DNA of 64,000 nucleotides from Paragordius varius (Eukaryota > Animalia > Nematomorpha). The notes under the pieces were generated by a model. That model did no database searches. It saw nothing but the letters and a program-made list of their open reading frames with translations, and was not told the origin of the DNA. Position numbers and translations under genes: made by a program. The stretch is from positions 4,526,001 through 4,590,000 of the forward strand of contig OZ176057.1 of NCBI GenBank assembly GCA_964247055.1. Direction: 5' to 3'. Below are positions 25,491 through 37,871 of this stretch, one piece after another (within the stretch, counting starts at the first letter, position 1; every line of letters starts with the position of its first letter).

Positions 25491-28400
25491 ATGATTTGGC
25501 TGATCTTTTCGTTAATATTTGTGTTTTACGTCGATTGTTATGACCAAATATTTTTTAGAAACTGTCTAAAAAAGGAGACAATACCTTCAAGATTGTCGAC
25601 ATTTGACATCTCTAATAAAAATGTTTTAAATCCGAATGAAATATATATTTTACTCAATGCATTAACACTTATTCCAAATATGAATCAAATATTTATATCT
25701 AATATAACTGCAGAAGAAAATGGCTCCTGTTCCAACAATGATTCATGGATAAAAATATGTCACATTATTGAAAATAATGATTTAATATTATTGTCACAAA
25801 ATTCATGGGATTATAAGGCTGATCTAAATAAAGAATCTCATCTAAACATTTTGGATTTGTCTCTTAATACATTGCCACTTTCACCTCCAAAATTGTTTTC
25901 ACAAAATGATACCAACATGAAATTTTTATTTTCCCATATCAAATCGTTTGATCAAATTACATTTTTGAATCTATCACGTGTACGATTAAAACAAGTAGAG
26001 ACAAACAATATTAGTTGTAATGAACCATTTCATATGGCCGAATATGTTGATATTAATGATATTTTAGGGCATTACATAGATGCTTTTGGAAATTTTGTAT
26101 CTCAAACTGCCCCAATTTTCTCTCATCAACCAACTGATAATACGTATTTCAATGATCATTCCATTCCACACAAATTTTTTGTAAATGGTATAAATTTAGA
26201 TGAACTACTAATCACTCAGTCTGGTTACGATTATTTTTTCCATGGAAATCGTTCGCTTGATAAATTTGATTCACTTATACGGTATATTTATATATATTTG
26301 AATTTATTAGCAAAACTAGAGTTTAATTTTGACATTTGAAAAACATATTGTTTAATGGGTTCAATTTACATATATTTTTTTTAATGCTTTGGTTTCATCT
26401 TTCGAATGCACTTAGGACCGTAACTGTTAGCGCTTATAAATAAAAATCAGTCAGGATATATGTTAATATAGATTGGTTATTTATATTAATTTGGAATTTT
26501 TGTGAGATTTATTTGGAAGCAACGTTAAATATAATTTTTAAATTTCTGGATTGTGCATATTTATAATCGGCTGCTTTCAATATATACATGTCATGTACTA
26601 TATATATATATATAAATATATACAGGTCTTTAATTTTATTTGTACTTACATAGGTATGTAAAATATAATTTATTTAATTCATAATGATTCTATCACAAAT
26701 CAAATAAGTGCTATAGAATGTCATTAATATAGTGTTGTATGCAAAATGTTTTACATAAACCCAAATATTTTGATAATTTTATAACTTCCAAATTATATAT
26801 TGCTTAATTTACAAATGCTCTTTGAATATAAATTGCTTATATTTTCTTTCTTTTTCCTTTTTAAAAGTTGGGTCGATTTATCCGGTTTACCATTTAATGG
26901 TGTACCAACACACCACACTTCAGTAATGAAATCAACATCGCCAAAATTTGTAATGACAGAAACATCGACAACATTTTTCAGTAATAAACAATTGCGTAGA
27001 CGTCGCCATATGCAATTGAGATTTGGTAATTGGTTTAGGGGTACAACTTCCCCCACACCACTAATCATAATTTTACCCAAGAACTCAGAACCCATGGTAT
27101 ATTCCATAAATATATTCCCCATGAATGATGATGATAGTAAGATTTATGCTAACAATTCTTCAGCTAATGAAACATTTACTGAGAAACTGAGATATAGCAT
27201 AAAAATTATACCTACACACTTATCAAATGGTTTATCTGGACCAAAGTATGATTTGTATGTTATAGCTCCAGCAAAAATTTATTTTTACTTAAGTAATTTG
27301 GTGTTTTGTATAATTTTTTTTATATTTTAACCATTTCAAATTAATGAATGGTAAACATTAGTATATGTTTTGGAATTTAAATATACCATTCACAATTTAA
27401 ATTCATCCTTGAACAATTTAAATTCACCCTCGAACAATTAAAATCACCCTCTACCAATTCAAACCTCAAATATAAGGTTTTTTAGGATTAAAAATTACCT
27501 ATATTTTTATTATTTTTATAAAATAAAATTTTTTTTAAATTAATGTTACTGCAAAAATAATAAACTATGCCATAACGATATATTTTTTAATGAGTTATAT
27601 TAGCTCGAAATTTTTTGGAGTGAGTTTGAATTGTTAAATGGTATATATCATTTAACATTTCGGTGGCCCCCAAAACTTTTAATAGTTTAGGGTTGTCGTT
27701 TAAATATAAATTTTGGTTTGATTTTTTCCTATTTCTTATAACGAACTTATTTTTAATCAGCTTTAGTTTATTAATTCCACCACAAACACAACGTGAAATG
27801 GCAGGAACAACCAAACATATTGGACATAATGTTAGGAGACGCGTTCGTAAAATATTATCAGCTGACCCTGGGAATACCATAGCTAGTCAATTGTTATTCC
27901 AACCAATGATAACGGTTTTAACTAAAAATCCCTTAGAATACACTAAAGGTTCTACATTTGTAAAATCTGAAAAGAAAATTTTTACCCATAAGGGAAATGC
28001 GATGAAAATTAAGGTAAAACCTCAACCCCGTGTATTCATTAAAGTCGGTTACGGTGAACAAATTCAACTTTGGTGTAGAAATTTTTATAATATCAACAGC
28101 CATAATTTTTTCAAGACTCATAAGGATTTGGGTAATATTTCTTGGTCTGCGGATATGATATCTCCGTATTGGGAATATGTTAAACAAACTCACTTGCCAA
28201 AGTCTAGTACCAAGTAAGTAATTAATTTATAATATCGATTCAAATCTTTTTTTTATGTATGGAAACAACTTATTTTTTAATTTTATTTACATTATAAAAT
28301 ATATATTTGATTTTTTTAATTAAAAGTCTTAGATAAACGGTTTTACCGCTAAATTTCCAAAAAATGGTTATTTCTATTTTAAAATGAAATTTACTAATAT

Positions 28401-31400
28401 ATAGATTCCAAATATCACCCATTCACATCATACCGCGTGAAAAAAATTATTTTTTTATCAACGATCATAAACGGAGAACAGTAGCAACTACGCTTTTGAA
28501 ACTTATAACTGAATCCCTCAATAAATTTCAACATTACAAGGGAGACCTGGGTGTACATTCATCAGAAGATAATTTAATCGTAGCGAAAAATCCAAATTTA
28601 AATCATCTAAATTTATCCAATCTAGTCGATATACCTAAAGGCAAAATTATTGAAAATTACCATTATAATATTAATGAAAAAAGTGATGGCGTTGTTAATT
28701 ATTGGACCTTTACGCATTTAGGTGGAATCTATGAACGAAATCCGCATCGATTAAACACCAATGATGGTATTTTTCAAATATGCTCCTTTTTACAATAAAA
28801 TTTAAAAAGTTTTTGTAACAGTATAAATAAATAATGTATTTACATTGGTAGTTTTTTTTATCAAATATTGTCAGATAGTAGTAAAAAACAAACGAAAAAA
28901 ATAACTACATATACCAATATCATTACCTTTTGCTTTATTTGCAATCTAACTGGCAATAATTAATGAAAAATTAGCAAAGTAGGCTTATTCAATCATCATA
29001 CTGTATATATATATATATATATATATGAGTATTTCGTTACTTAAAGCGTTGTTTTCATGTAATAATAATTTTATTAAAAAATTTAGAGAATTAGTCAAAA
29101 ATTTTCCATTTTTTATTACATTTTAGAAAATTATTTGATACGTTCAAATGTCGGCATTAATAGTGCGGATAACTCTTATTCAGTTTTAACTATAAAACAT
29201 ATGAGTCGCGCTCAAACTGGTTTATACACTTGTGTGTTGGATCCATCATATTCTCTGGCGTTAAATACGCCATCTCAAACATATGTCGATGAGAAACATA
29301 ATGGGCCATTCATTGCAACAGCTGAGTATATAGTATTCCTTGGGGATGATTATTTTATACAGGTATAGAGTATAAAATAAAATTATAATTTTTTGCGAAA
29401 TATAAATTTTATTTCAAAATTGTTTTATGGTTAGTGTCGAAAATCAACAGCAAGCTTTTTTAAAAGTGTTGTTTCTCTTTACATAAAAAAATAATGTAGA
29501 ATGCATTTTAATGGTTAATTTTTTTACAGTTTAGTTAAGCAATTTGCAACCAGTAATATCTAGAAGAAATAAAAAAAATGTTAAAAAAACATTTTTTTCC
29601 CTTTTTTCCACATACATTACTAAGTCGCAAATTGCCAAACTATAGTGTGAAATAAGCAACCATTAAAATATACTATATTTGTCTTTACGTTTTTAAATTT
29701 TTTGTTTATAATTTTGATGTTTATTGTATACAACAATTTTTTTACTGGAAACATAAAGCTATTTATAGCTTTTAGGTTTGAAAATATTGATAATATAATC
29801 AGGGGTTTCGATTCACCAAAATTTTATTAACTGGCTCAAATTTTTAACTAATGGTTTAGGCTCAATTGTTTTACGATTGAATCTATTAATCATAACAAAG
29901 ATAATATTGTAAAAATTTATTTGTAAATTTTTTTGAAATAAAATAACTTTTAAAATAAGCATATTGGATAATATTTATAAAAGTTAAAAATTATATCTCA
30001 TTTTTGACCGTTAAAGACCACGTTTTTGATTATAAAAATATAATTTAAACCATTTAATTAATAGTTTATATTGGACTTTAAAACAATTTTCCAAAAGCCA
30101 ATACACGTTTGTAACCAGTTTTATTCCTTGTTTTAAATGTAAATAGTTTAATAGAATAATTGTATAATTTTTTGTTTTTAATTATAAAAAAATTCAAATA
30201 TAAATTATGAACTTCAAACATTTTCTATTATACCATTTACAGTTCAAATTCACCCTTGAACAATTTAAATTCATTCTTGAACAATTCAAATTTATCCTAA
30301 AATAAATTATCTGTTTTTTTATACGATTAAAAACCAAATTTATTTTTTAATATTTTTACATAAAAGATTCTTTAAAATCAATATAATGCTAAAAAAATGA
30401 TAAACTATTTATGTCGTTAAATTATATTTCATATTAATGATGGATTATATTTGCCCATAGGGCAAATTTGAACTGTTCAAGGGTGAATTTGAATTGTTCA
30501 AGAAGGGTGAATTTGAATTTGAATTGTTCAAGAGTGAATTAGAATTGTTTTAGGGTGAATTTGAATTGTTCAAAAAAAGTTAATTTTAATTTGATGATCA
30601 AGAAGAGTGAATTAGAATTATTCAAGGGTGAATTTGAATTGTTCAAAAAAAGTTAATTTGAATTTGAATTGTAATTGGTATATTATATTATCAAATAACA
30701 TATATCAGATTTGGAAAGATTGTGTTCTCCTTGCACTGTTTAGTATATTGGCATTTACCTTAAGTGCCATCTCTGTAGTTTACCTCATAAAGTTAATTCA
30801 AACGGCCCAATGTATTAGAGAACGGACAAGGGATAAAAAATTTGGTACACTTGCTCGGGAATTACAAAAACAAACTTTTGAACAGGTATAATGCCACAAA
30901 AATAGGAATTAAGAATGAAAATTGAGATTATTTTTAAATTGTGAAAAAACTCATATATATAAATAGTATCATTTACAATTCAAATTCCCCTAACAATTCA
31001 AACTCACCCTAAAAATAAATTATGTGTTTTCGGGCAATAATTTAATTTTGATATTATGAAATATCTTTATGGCTTAGTTAATTTTTTTTCAATTTTATTT
31101 TAATTTTAAACAAATTTTCATTTTTTAGCAATATAGAAAGATATAGGTAATTTTTAATCCTAAAAAACACATATTTTTAGGGTGAATTTGAATTGTTCTA
31201 GGGTTAATTTGTTAAGGGTTAATTCGAAGTGAAATGGATATAATAAACTTCTTTACTGTCTTTAAAAGTGATAAGTGGTCAAAAATAGTTTTTGATAGTT
31301 TCAGGGTTTTATAACCAATAACCGTAAATAACTATTTAAATTGATTCATTCCAAATCATGGAATTTTTAAAATTTTACATTGGGTATTAATTTTTCCAAA

Positions 31401-34400
31401 TTGTTTTTGATTTTTAAGATATTTTGTAAACTACGGTGGAATTTTTTATATTTCTCCTTTTTTACATATAAATATATCAGGTGGTTAATTTTAAAATTGT
31501 TTTAGCTATAAAATATAAAATTTTACGTTTTAGCACATATATAAAATAACCTACTATACTAATTTTGTAATATAATTACGGCTTAAATATTATATTTAAT
31601 AATTTTTTTAATTACAAAAAGCGCGTTCGGTTAATTTATTAAAACCCTTTAAAAATTTTACCATTTGTATTTTGCAATTTTTATCAACTCTCCATTTTCT
31701 GCCTTATCCTTCTTAGGAGAATATATTAATTGGTATCATCATAGGTTACCCAAAATTTTCCATACATAATTTTTTTCAATCTTTAAAGTTTTTTACATAC
31801 TTTGCCATGCCTTTTAGTTTTTTTCTCCAATGCATTTTAAAATAATTGACTAAATTTATTGAACAGCACATATTTAGATTTATATACACAGTAAATAGAT
31901 TTATACAGACAAAACTTAAAAATATAAAGAATATTTTTTTAAACCTAAATTTATCCTAGTAAAGGACTTTATAACAAGCTTAAAACATATATTTGATTAT
32001 GTTTCTAATATATACATCTCTATTTTATACTTTGAAAATAAAATACAATGAGTTAAATTTAAATTAATCAAGATTTAAAAAGTATGGTTCTCTTTTAGAA
32101 AAAAATATTTGTCTTTATATTTTTACGTTTTGTCCGTATAATTTCAATTTTTACTGTATATTAATTTTTGCCTACATTTCATTTTTTTGGTTTTAACAAT
32201 AGATTGAATCACTCCGTCAATACTATATAAATCAACTTAAAACGTTCAGGGAAAATTTTTTTGCCACGTTAGAAACCGTAAATACGGCAAATACTAATTT
32301 ATCCAGCTCAGCTAGTGAACATATCCAATATTTACGGGATAAGCTATTAACTTCATGTATGTTAAATAACCCATATAACAATAGCAATCACAATAATACC
32401 CAAAATCATTCCTATTTTAATTCGACGAATATTGAAGCTTACCCTAAGCTCGGGTCTTCTATCACCACTATATACCCGTCTCAGTCGCAAATGGGTGACA
32501 AAAATAAGCCTGCTAAAGTTTGCTATCAAACAACTACTCAAACTGGTATTTTACCGTGTAATTCTGAGAGAAAAAACGATGAATTTAGATTAATTTTAAC
32601 ATACTAAAAAAAAGCTTGTAAAATTTATAAGGAAGTCTTTTTATTTTCTTTTTTTGGTTGTTTCTTTGAATAAAGAGGGCGCAATTCAAAAAATCTCGAA
32701 TTTTTTAACATTTTTTTGGTGTTTCTTTAGTTAAACATCATTGTAGAAGTAAACTTTTCAGTTAAAATACTTTTAAAATATAAATTTAAAGCGTTTTTTT
32801 TCAAGATCCGTTTTCAAATTATCCAACATTTTATAACATTTTTAGAAAATTCTCCAGTCTCTTTGTTAGCTTACATACCATACATGGATGAATTCGTGCC
32901 AGAAAATCAAAACAATACTAAGATTATTGATGATAATAATTTTCAACTTTACAAAAATTACCCTACACAAATTATACGAAATAGTATAAATACGATTGAA
33001 AGTGATGTAACCCTATTAACACCTCTAATAATCTCGTCAAATTCCCCAGGTTAAGTTTTATTTCTATCATTTACAACAAATAAAATGTGTAAAAAATGAA
33101 ATGTAAAATTTATTAAATTAACCATATATTTTATCCTTTATTAATTACATGAGTAAAATTGATTGTTACCAATACATACCTTAAAAATTGAAATTATACG
33201 CGGACAAAACGTTATAAAATAAAAATAAAGACAATAAACCATACTTTTTTGAAACTTGAAGATTTTTTTGATAAATTAACTCATAGCTTAAATTGCAAAG
33301 TATGAAGTAGAAATGGGGTAAAAAATTAAATTATACGGACAAAACGTAAAAATATGAAAAAAAAAACAAATTTTTTAAAAAAACAATACTTTTAAAATCT
33401 TGATTTTTGTGAAATTACTCATTTTTTGAAACTGCAAAGTATAATGGTAACATAATCAATATCTATTTTACAATGGAATAAAATAATTTATAATGGAAAA
33501 TTTAATATTCAAACAAGTAAGTTTATATTTTCAAAAAAAAATTTTGTCTTTATATATTTATTTCGTTTTTGTCCGTATTATTTCAAATTTTACTGTTTTT
33601 GAGGAAAACCATATATTCTTAATATCTTGTTAATTTTATTGATTGATGTGAATTAACGTTTAAAATATATGTTTTTTTTGTTCAAAAAAATATATATCGT
33701 TTAATTTTTGTGGGTTATTTTAATTTTTATATGCTCTTAAAAATAATTAAGAATTTTTTCTTTTTGATTTTGAATGAAAGAAAGAAGAATTAAACTTAAC
33801 ATTCTTTTACATTTTTAATATTCAATACCTTATTTATTTTATATTTATTTTTGCTACAGTTCACATATAAAAGTGAGGGATTTTAGACATGCATTTTTTA
33901 AAAATTTACATCTTTAATAGGACATTAAATTTAATTATAATCTTCACGCACATACAAGTATATAATTTTATGGCGAATTGTACGTTTTAAATATAATAAG
34001 CTAATTTTTAATTGATATTATTGCGGATTTTTATACACACCTACTAGCTAAATTCAAAATTTAAAGCTTAATTATAATTCTAGCAGATTAAACCTATGTC
34101 AATTTTGCTGTTTTTTAAAACTGTTTTCTTAGTTTTTTTAAAACTTTATATCTTAATTTTTAATATTTTCAACAAAAATATGATAGATACAAACATTACA
34201 GTAATACCAACAAATGAAAATCAAAATTTTTGCCCAACGCTAAACAGCAGTCACAATACTACCAATATTCATCAAAATATAATGTTTGATAATCCAAATG
34301 ATCCTGATGAAAGTTGGTTAGGTCGTTTACGTGATTATACATCCGTTCAGGTTTATACAAAAAGCCCATTTTTTCCTTATTTTAAGTAAAAATGATTAAT

Positions 34401-35663
34401 GAAATACATTAAATTGGAATAACTTGTTTTTTACGAATTACACATTTAGGGGATGAAAATTTAGCTAGGTATATACACAAATGAATAAATTTAAAAAATA
34501 TACCCTTTTAACTATTTAGCTGAATTGGTGTTTACGTAGCCAATGTATGAATTGTGAAATATGGATATAAGCGTTCGCATTATTTTAATAAAAATACAGT
34601 TTTTTGAAAACTGATATTATTTTGCGGACTATTCGCAGTTTTCCACGGTCTTCGAATTTATGGGAGTTCTACTCTGCGAGGGTGTATCGCACTGATGCGA
34701 AGGTGTATTAATCAGATGGTGTCAGATCAGGACAGTGGATGCTAAAAAAGCGATTTTAGGATGTCCTTTTCATTGGTTTTTTGTGGAACGAAGCAGTTTC
34801 ATGTAGAAATACTTTGCCATGATTTCTAGCCCATTTACCGTCCCTTCTTGATTGATGCGTGATTTAAATCAATCTCTAGCGATAACGTTTTCTATAACGG
34901 TTTCACCGGGTTTCAAAATTTATAATGTACTATACCGCTTTGGTCGCACCAGACTAGGAACATGATCTTCTTGGTGAAATTATTTGGCCTTGGTGTTAAT
35001 GTTAAAGGTTGGAAATGTGAAAGCTAGCATTTTTCCGCTGTGGATTTACAAAATAAATTCTCTTATACTCGTTATAGGTGCAATTATTTTCTTTTGTTAC
35101 ATTGAAGCAAGATTCACATTTTACTTTGCGATTTTTTATAACGGTTATTTAAACTGTCTGGGACTTATTTAATTAGTTTATTGGTCTTGCCATTGCCCGT
35201 ATAACTAAATAATTTTTCTAATGCTTGTAATATTTTTTCGGTTCCCTTTAAATTTGCGTTAGTTCATCATCCAATATTGGCACCGTTTTCGCATTATTAA
35301 AGAACGCCCATTCTCTTTCACATTAATATTACATTTTTTTTTAATTTTTGAAACGATGTTTCACATGTTTTAATTGCTAAAGCCTGTACACCATATGTTT
35401 CTCCAATAAATAACGTTCAACAGTTATTTCCTTTGATGAAAAAAATAATGCATGCCGCAACTGTTTTTTATTCAGCGTCAAAATTTGACATAATTGCTGA
35501 ATGATTAAGGTAAAGACTAGTTTTTCGTAAATTCATATTGTCTGTGTTTGTCTTCTAATGGCATATGAACAAAATAAGGTATGTATCAAATTAATCGTCT
35601 GCGTACTTTTCGCTGACCCCTTTCCTCTTAATTAAACTTGTATTATATTCTGACTTCACCTGG

Positions 35664-35716
<53 letters not shown>

Positions 35717-37871
35717 TAAGACGAAGTATAATTATTATGAATATGAATTACTTCGTGATACGAAAACTCCGAATCTGGAGTCCTACCTTTTATGATGATG
35801 AATGTTTATAATTCGTATAAATAGTGTATATACTTTTTTCGTTTTGTCATTATTACAATTTTAATTTTTTGCTATATTTCTTTTTTGTGAATGCACACAA
35901 TAGATTGGGCGTATGATTGAGAGTTATGCCTCACAAGTTGAAAAACTCAATGATTTTACCCTGAATCAAATGGAAAGACTTAGGCAACAATACAAAATTA
36001 AGGCTAAAAAGTATTGGATATTTTGATTTTTGGTTATTATTAATTAGATATAATTTTATAATTTTCCGGTTAATATTTCAGAGAAAATTTGAATGATATT
36101 TTTTATTCTATATAAATCCGTATATAACCTTTTGTGGTGAAATTTGGTTGATTAATTTAAATATATGAAGTTTGTCGAATTGAAAAAAATATAAATTTTT
36201 TATGTACAGTAAGTATAATTATAATCGAATATTATAGTTTAGCAGATATGATTGAGCTTATGAACTTTGATAATTGCAAAATGGGTTATACACTACCCCC
36301 TCAAAACACTAATCATTTACCTAACTGCAATATAAAAACTCAAAAGTATTATATATTTTATGCATTAATATAAATTTATAAATGATTTTTTTTATTTTTT
36401 ATGTTAAATAATGTTTTTATCTTTAGTTTATACGGTGGAATAATTTAATAACATCCGTAAGAATTAATGAAACATTAATTTTTAGGACTACAAAAAAGTT
36501 TTTTTCTGCCTTTTAAATAGCAAGATTATAACGCAACCACATTAATATTTTTATACATTGTTATTTTCATACGATTAATAACTATTTTAAAACTGCGTAA
36601 ATTATGCTTTGATTAAAAGTTTATACAAATTTATCTACAATATGGCTTTTTTTTGATGATCCATATTTTTTTCTTTTAAAGTTGATTGCAATATTTATAA
36701 AATTTACAAATATTTTTAGAAAAGGGAAAGTTTATATGACAAATAAAAAAGGACAAACATTTAAAAAACGCAAAAAATGTACAGAAGAATCATTTAATTC
36801 AATACCCACTTTGTTGACACCAGATGAAAAAATATTGATCTCATTTTTGCCTCCGGTTACCTCATTAAACAAACATAACAATGGTATATAATATTTTAAA
36901 TAAATTCTTTTTTAAAAAAAAATACTTTGTTCAAATCCCAAAATTTATTTTATAACATTAATATAAAGTACAATCAACTGAATTATTTAAAGGTAAAATT
37001 TATGTTTCCACAAAAATTTTGTATTATATATCATTTACAGTTGAAACTAACCCTATAATTATGTGTGTTTTAAGATTAAAATATCCTATATATATTTAAA
37101 AATGAAATTTTGTCGTAATTTAATATAATACTGAATTAATAATTAACTATGCATAAAGATATATTTCATATTTTTGATGAGTTATATTAGTGCCCGAAAA
37201 CATATAATTTATTTTTAGGGTGAATTTGATTCGTTCAACGGTGAATTAAATGGTACAAGGGTTAATTTGAATTGTTTGAGGGTGAATTTGAATTGTTCCC
37301 GGGTAAATTTGAAAATGTTTAAGGGTGAACTTGAATTGTTCAAGGGTGAATTTGAATTGTTTAAGGGTGAATTTGAATTGTTCGAGGGTGAATTTCAATG
37401 TTCCAGGGTTAATTTGAATCGTTAAAGGGTGAATTTGAATTGTTCGAGGGTAAATTTGAATTGTTTGAGGGTGAATTAGAATCGTTCAAGGGTAAATTTG
37501 AGATGTAAATGGTATATAATGAGAAGACGCAAAGTTTACTAAAACAATGATAAAAAAGTTTTTAATTTACTTTTCTTATGCGTATTAAATTTTGAATTTT
37601 AGATTATTTAGAAAACATGGATAGCCATACGTTAGATCAACCTTCAACATCTACGGCTAAACAATGTAAACCGCTAAATACAGTAGAAAATAATTCTCCC
37701 TTTGCACAATCCATATTTTACAAATGGTCTTGGGGTAGTACAGATCCATTTTTCCAACAATCACATCAAACACTTCGTGCTATCTGGGAAAAGGCTTGTT
37801 TAAATAGCGCAAATTTAAACAATGTTAAGACGACTAACACGGAAAATGTCAAATTAAATAATGATCCATAA
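25491..37871 (+). CDS. Single-pass type I membrane protein with LRR-like repeats, an Ig domain and a long cytoplasmic tail (~1216 aa, 12 exons)
   Basis: Exons 25491-26281, 26868-27254, 27767-28213, 28405-28766, 29127-29362, 30709-30885, 32203-32545, 32846-33049, 34187-34350, 35904-36010, 36720-36883, 37603-37871 join in phase at GT..AG. Signal peptide MIWLIFSLIFVFYVDC; LRR-like LNILDLSLNTL and ITFLNLSRVRL; Ig motif SVLTIKHMSRAQTGLYTCV; transmembrane segment CVLLALFSILAFTLSAISVVYLI. Confidence 0.85.
27383..27646. mobile_element. MITE family C copy
   Basis: TATACCATTCAC..GTTAAATGGTATA with the shared core. Confidence 0.78.
30231..30682. mobile_element. MITE family C copy with 21-mer repeats in the right arm
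   Basis: TIRs plus GGGTGAATTTGAATTGTTCAA repeats at ~30465-30670. Confidence 0.8.
30966..31238. mobile_element. MITE family C copy
   Basis: Degenerate TIRs with the core in reverse orientation. Confidence 0.7.
34470..35666 (-). mobile_element. mariner (Mos1-like) element relic in intron 9 of the LRR-Ig gene
   Basis: Frameshifted minus-strand fragments PRPNNFTKKIMFLVWCDQSGIVHY, KPGETV, WARNHGKVFLH and PDLTPSD.YTFASV (YSPDLAPSD motif). TIR-like TACCAGGTG at ~35665 next to a (TA)n tract. The other end is eroded, so that boundary is approximate. Confidence 0.85.
35667..35712. repeat. (TA)n microsatellite; others at ~1689, 5655, 9970, 11015, 29003, 42568, 54021, 63196
   Basis: Read directly from the sequence; several abut TA-targeting elements. 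Confidence 0.95.
37028..37517. mobile_element. MITE family C copy with ~13 21-mers in the right arm
   Basis: GGGTGAATTTGAATTGTTCAA array at ~37215-37505, ending GTAAATGGTATA. Confidence 0.82.

Noticed and set aside
26793-28193. Minus-strand ORFs 26793..27122, 27587..27880 and 27933..28193
   Set aside because: Antisense shadows of LRR-Ig exons or of MITE family C.
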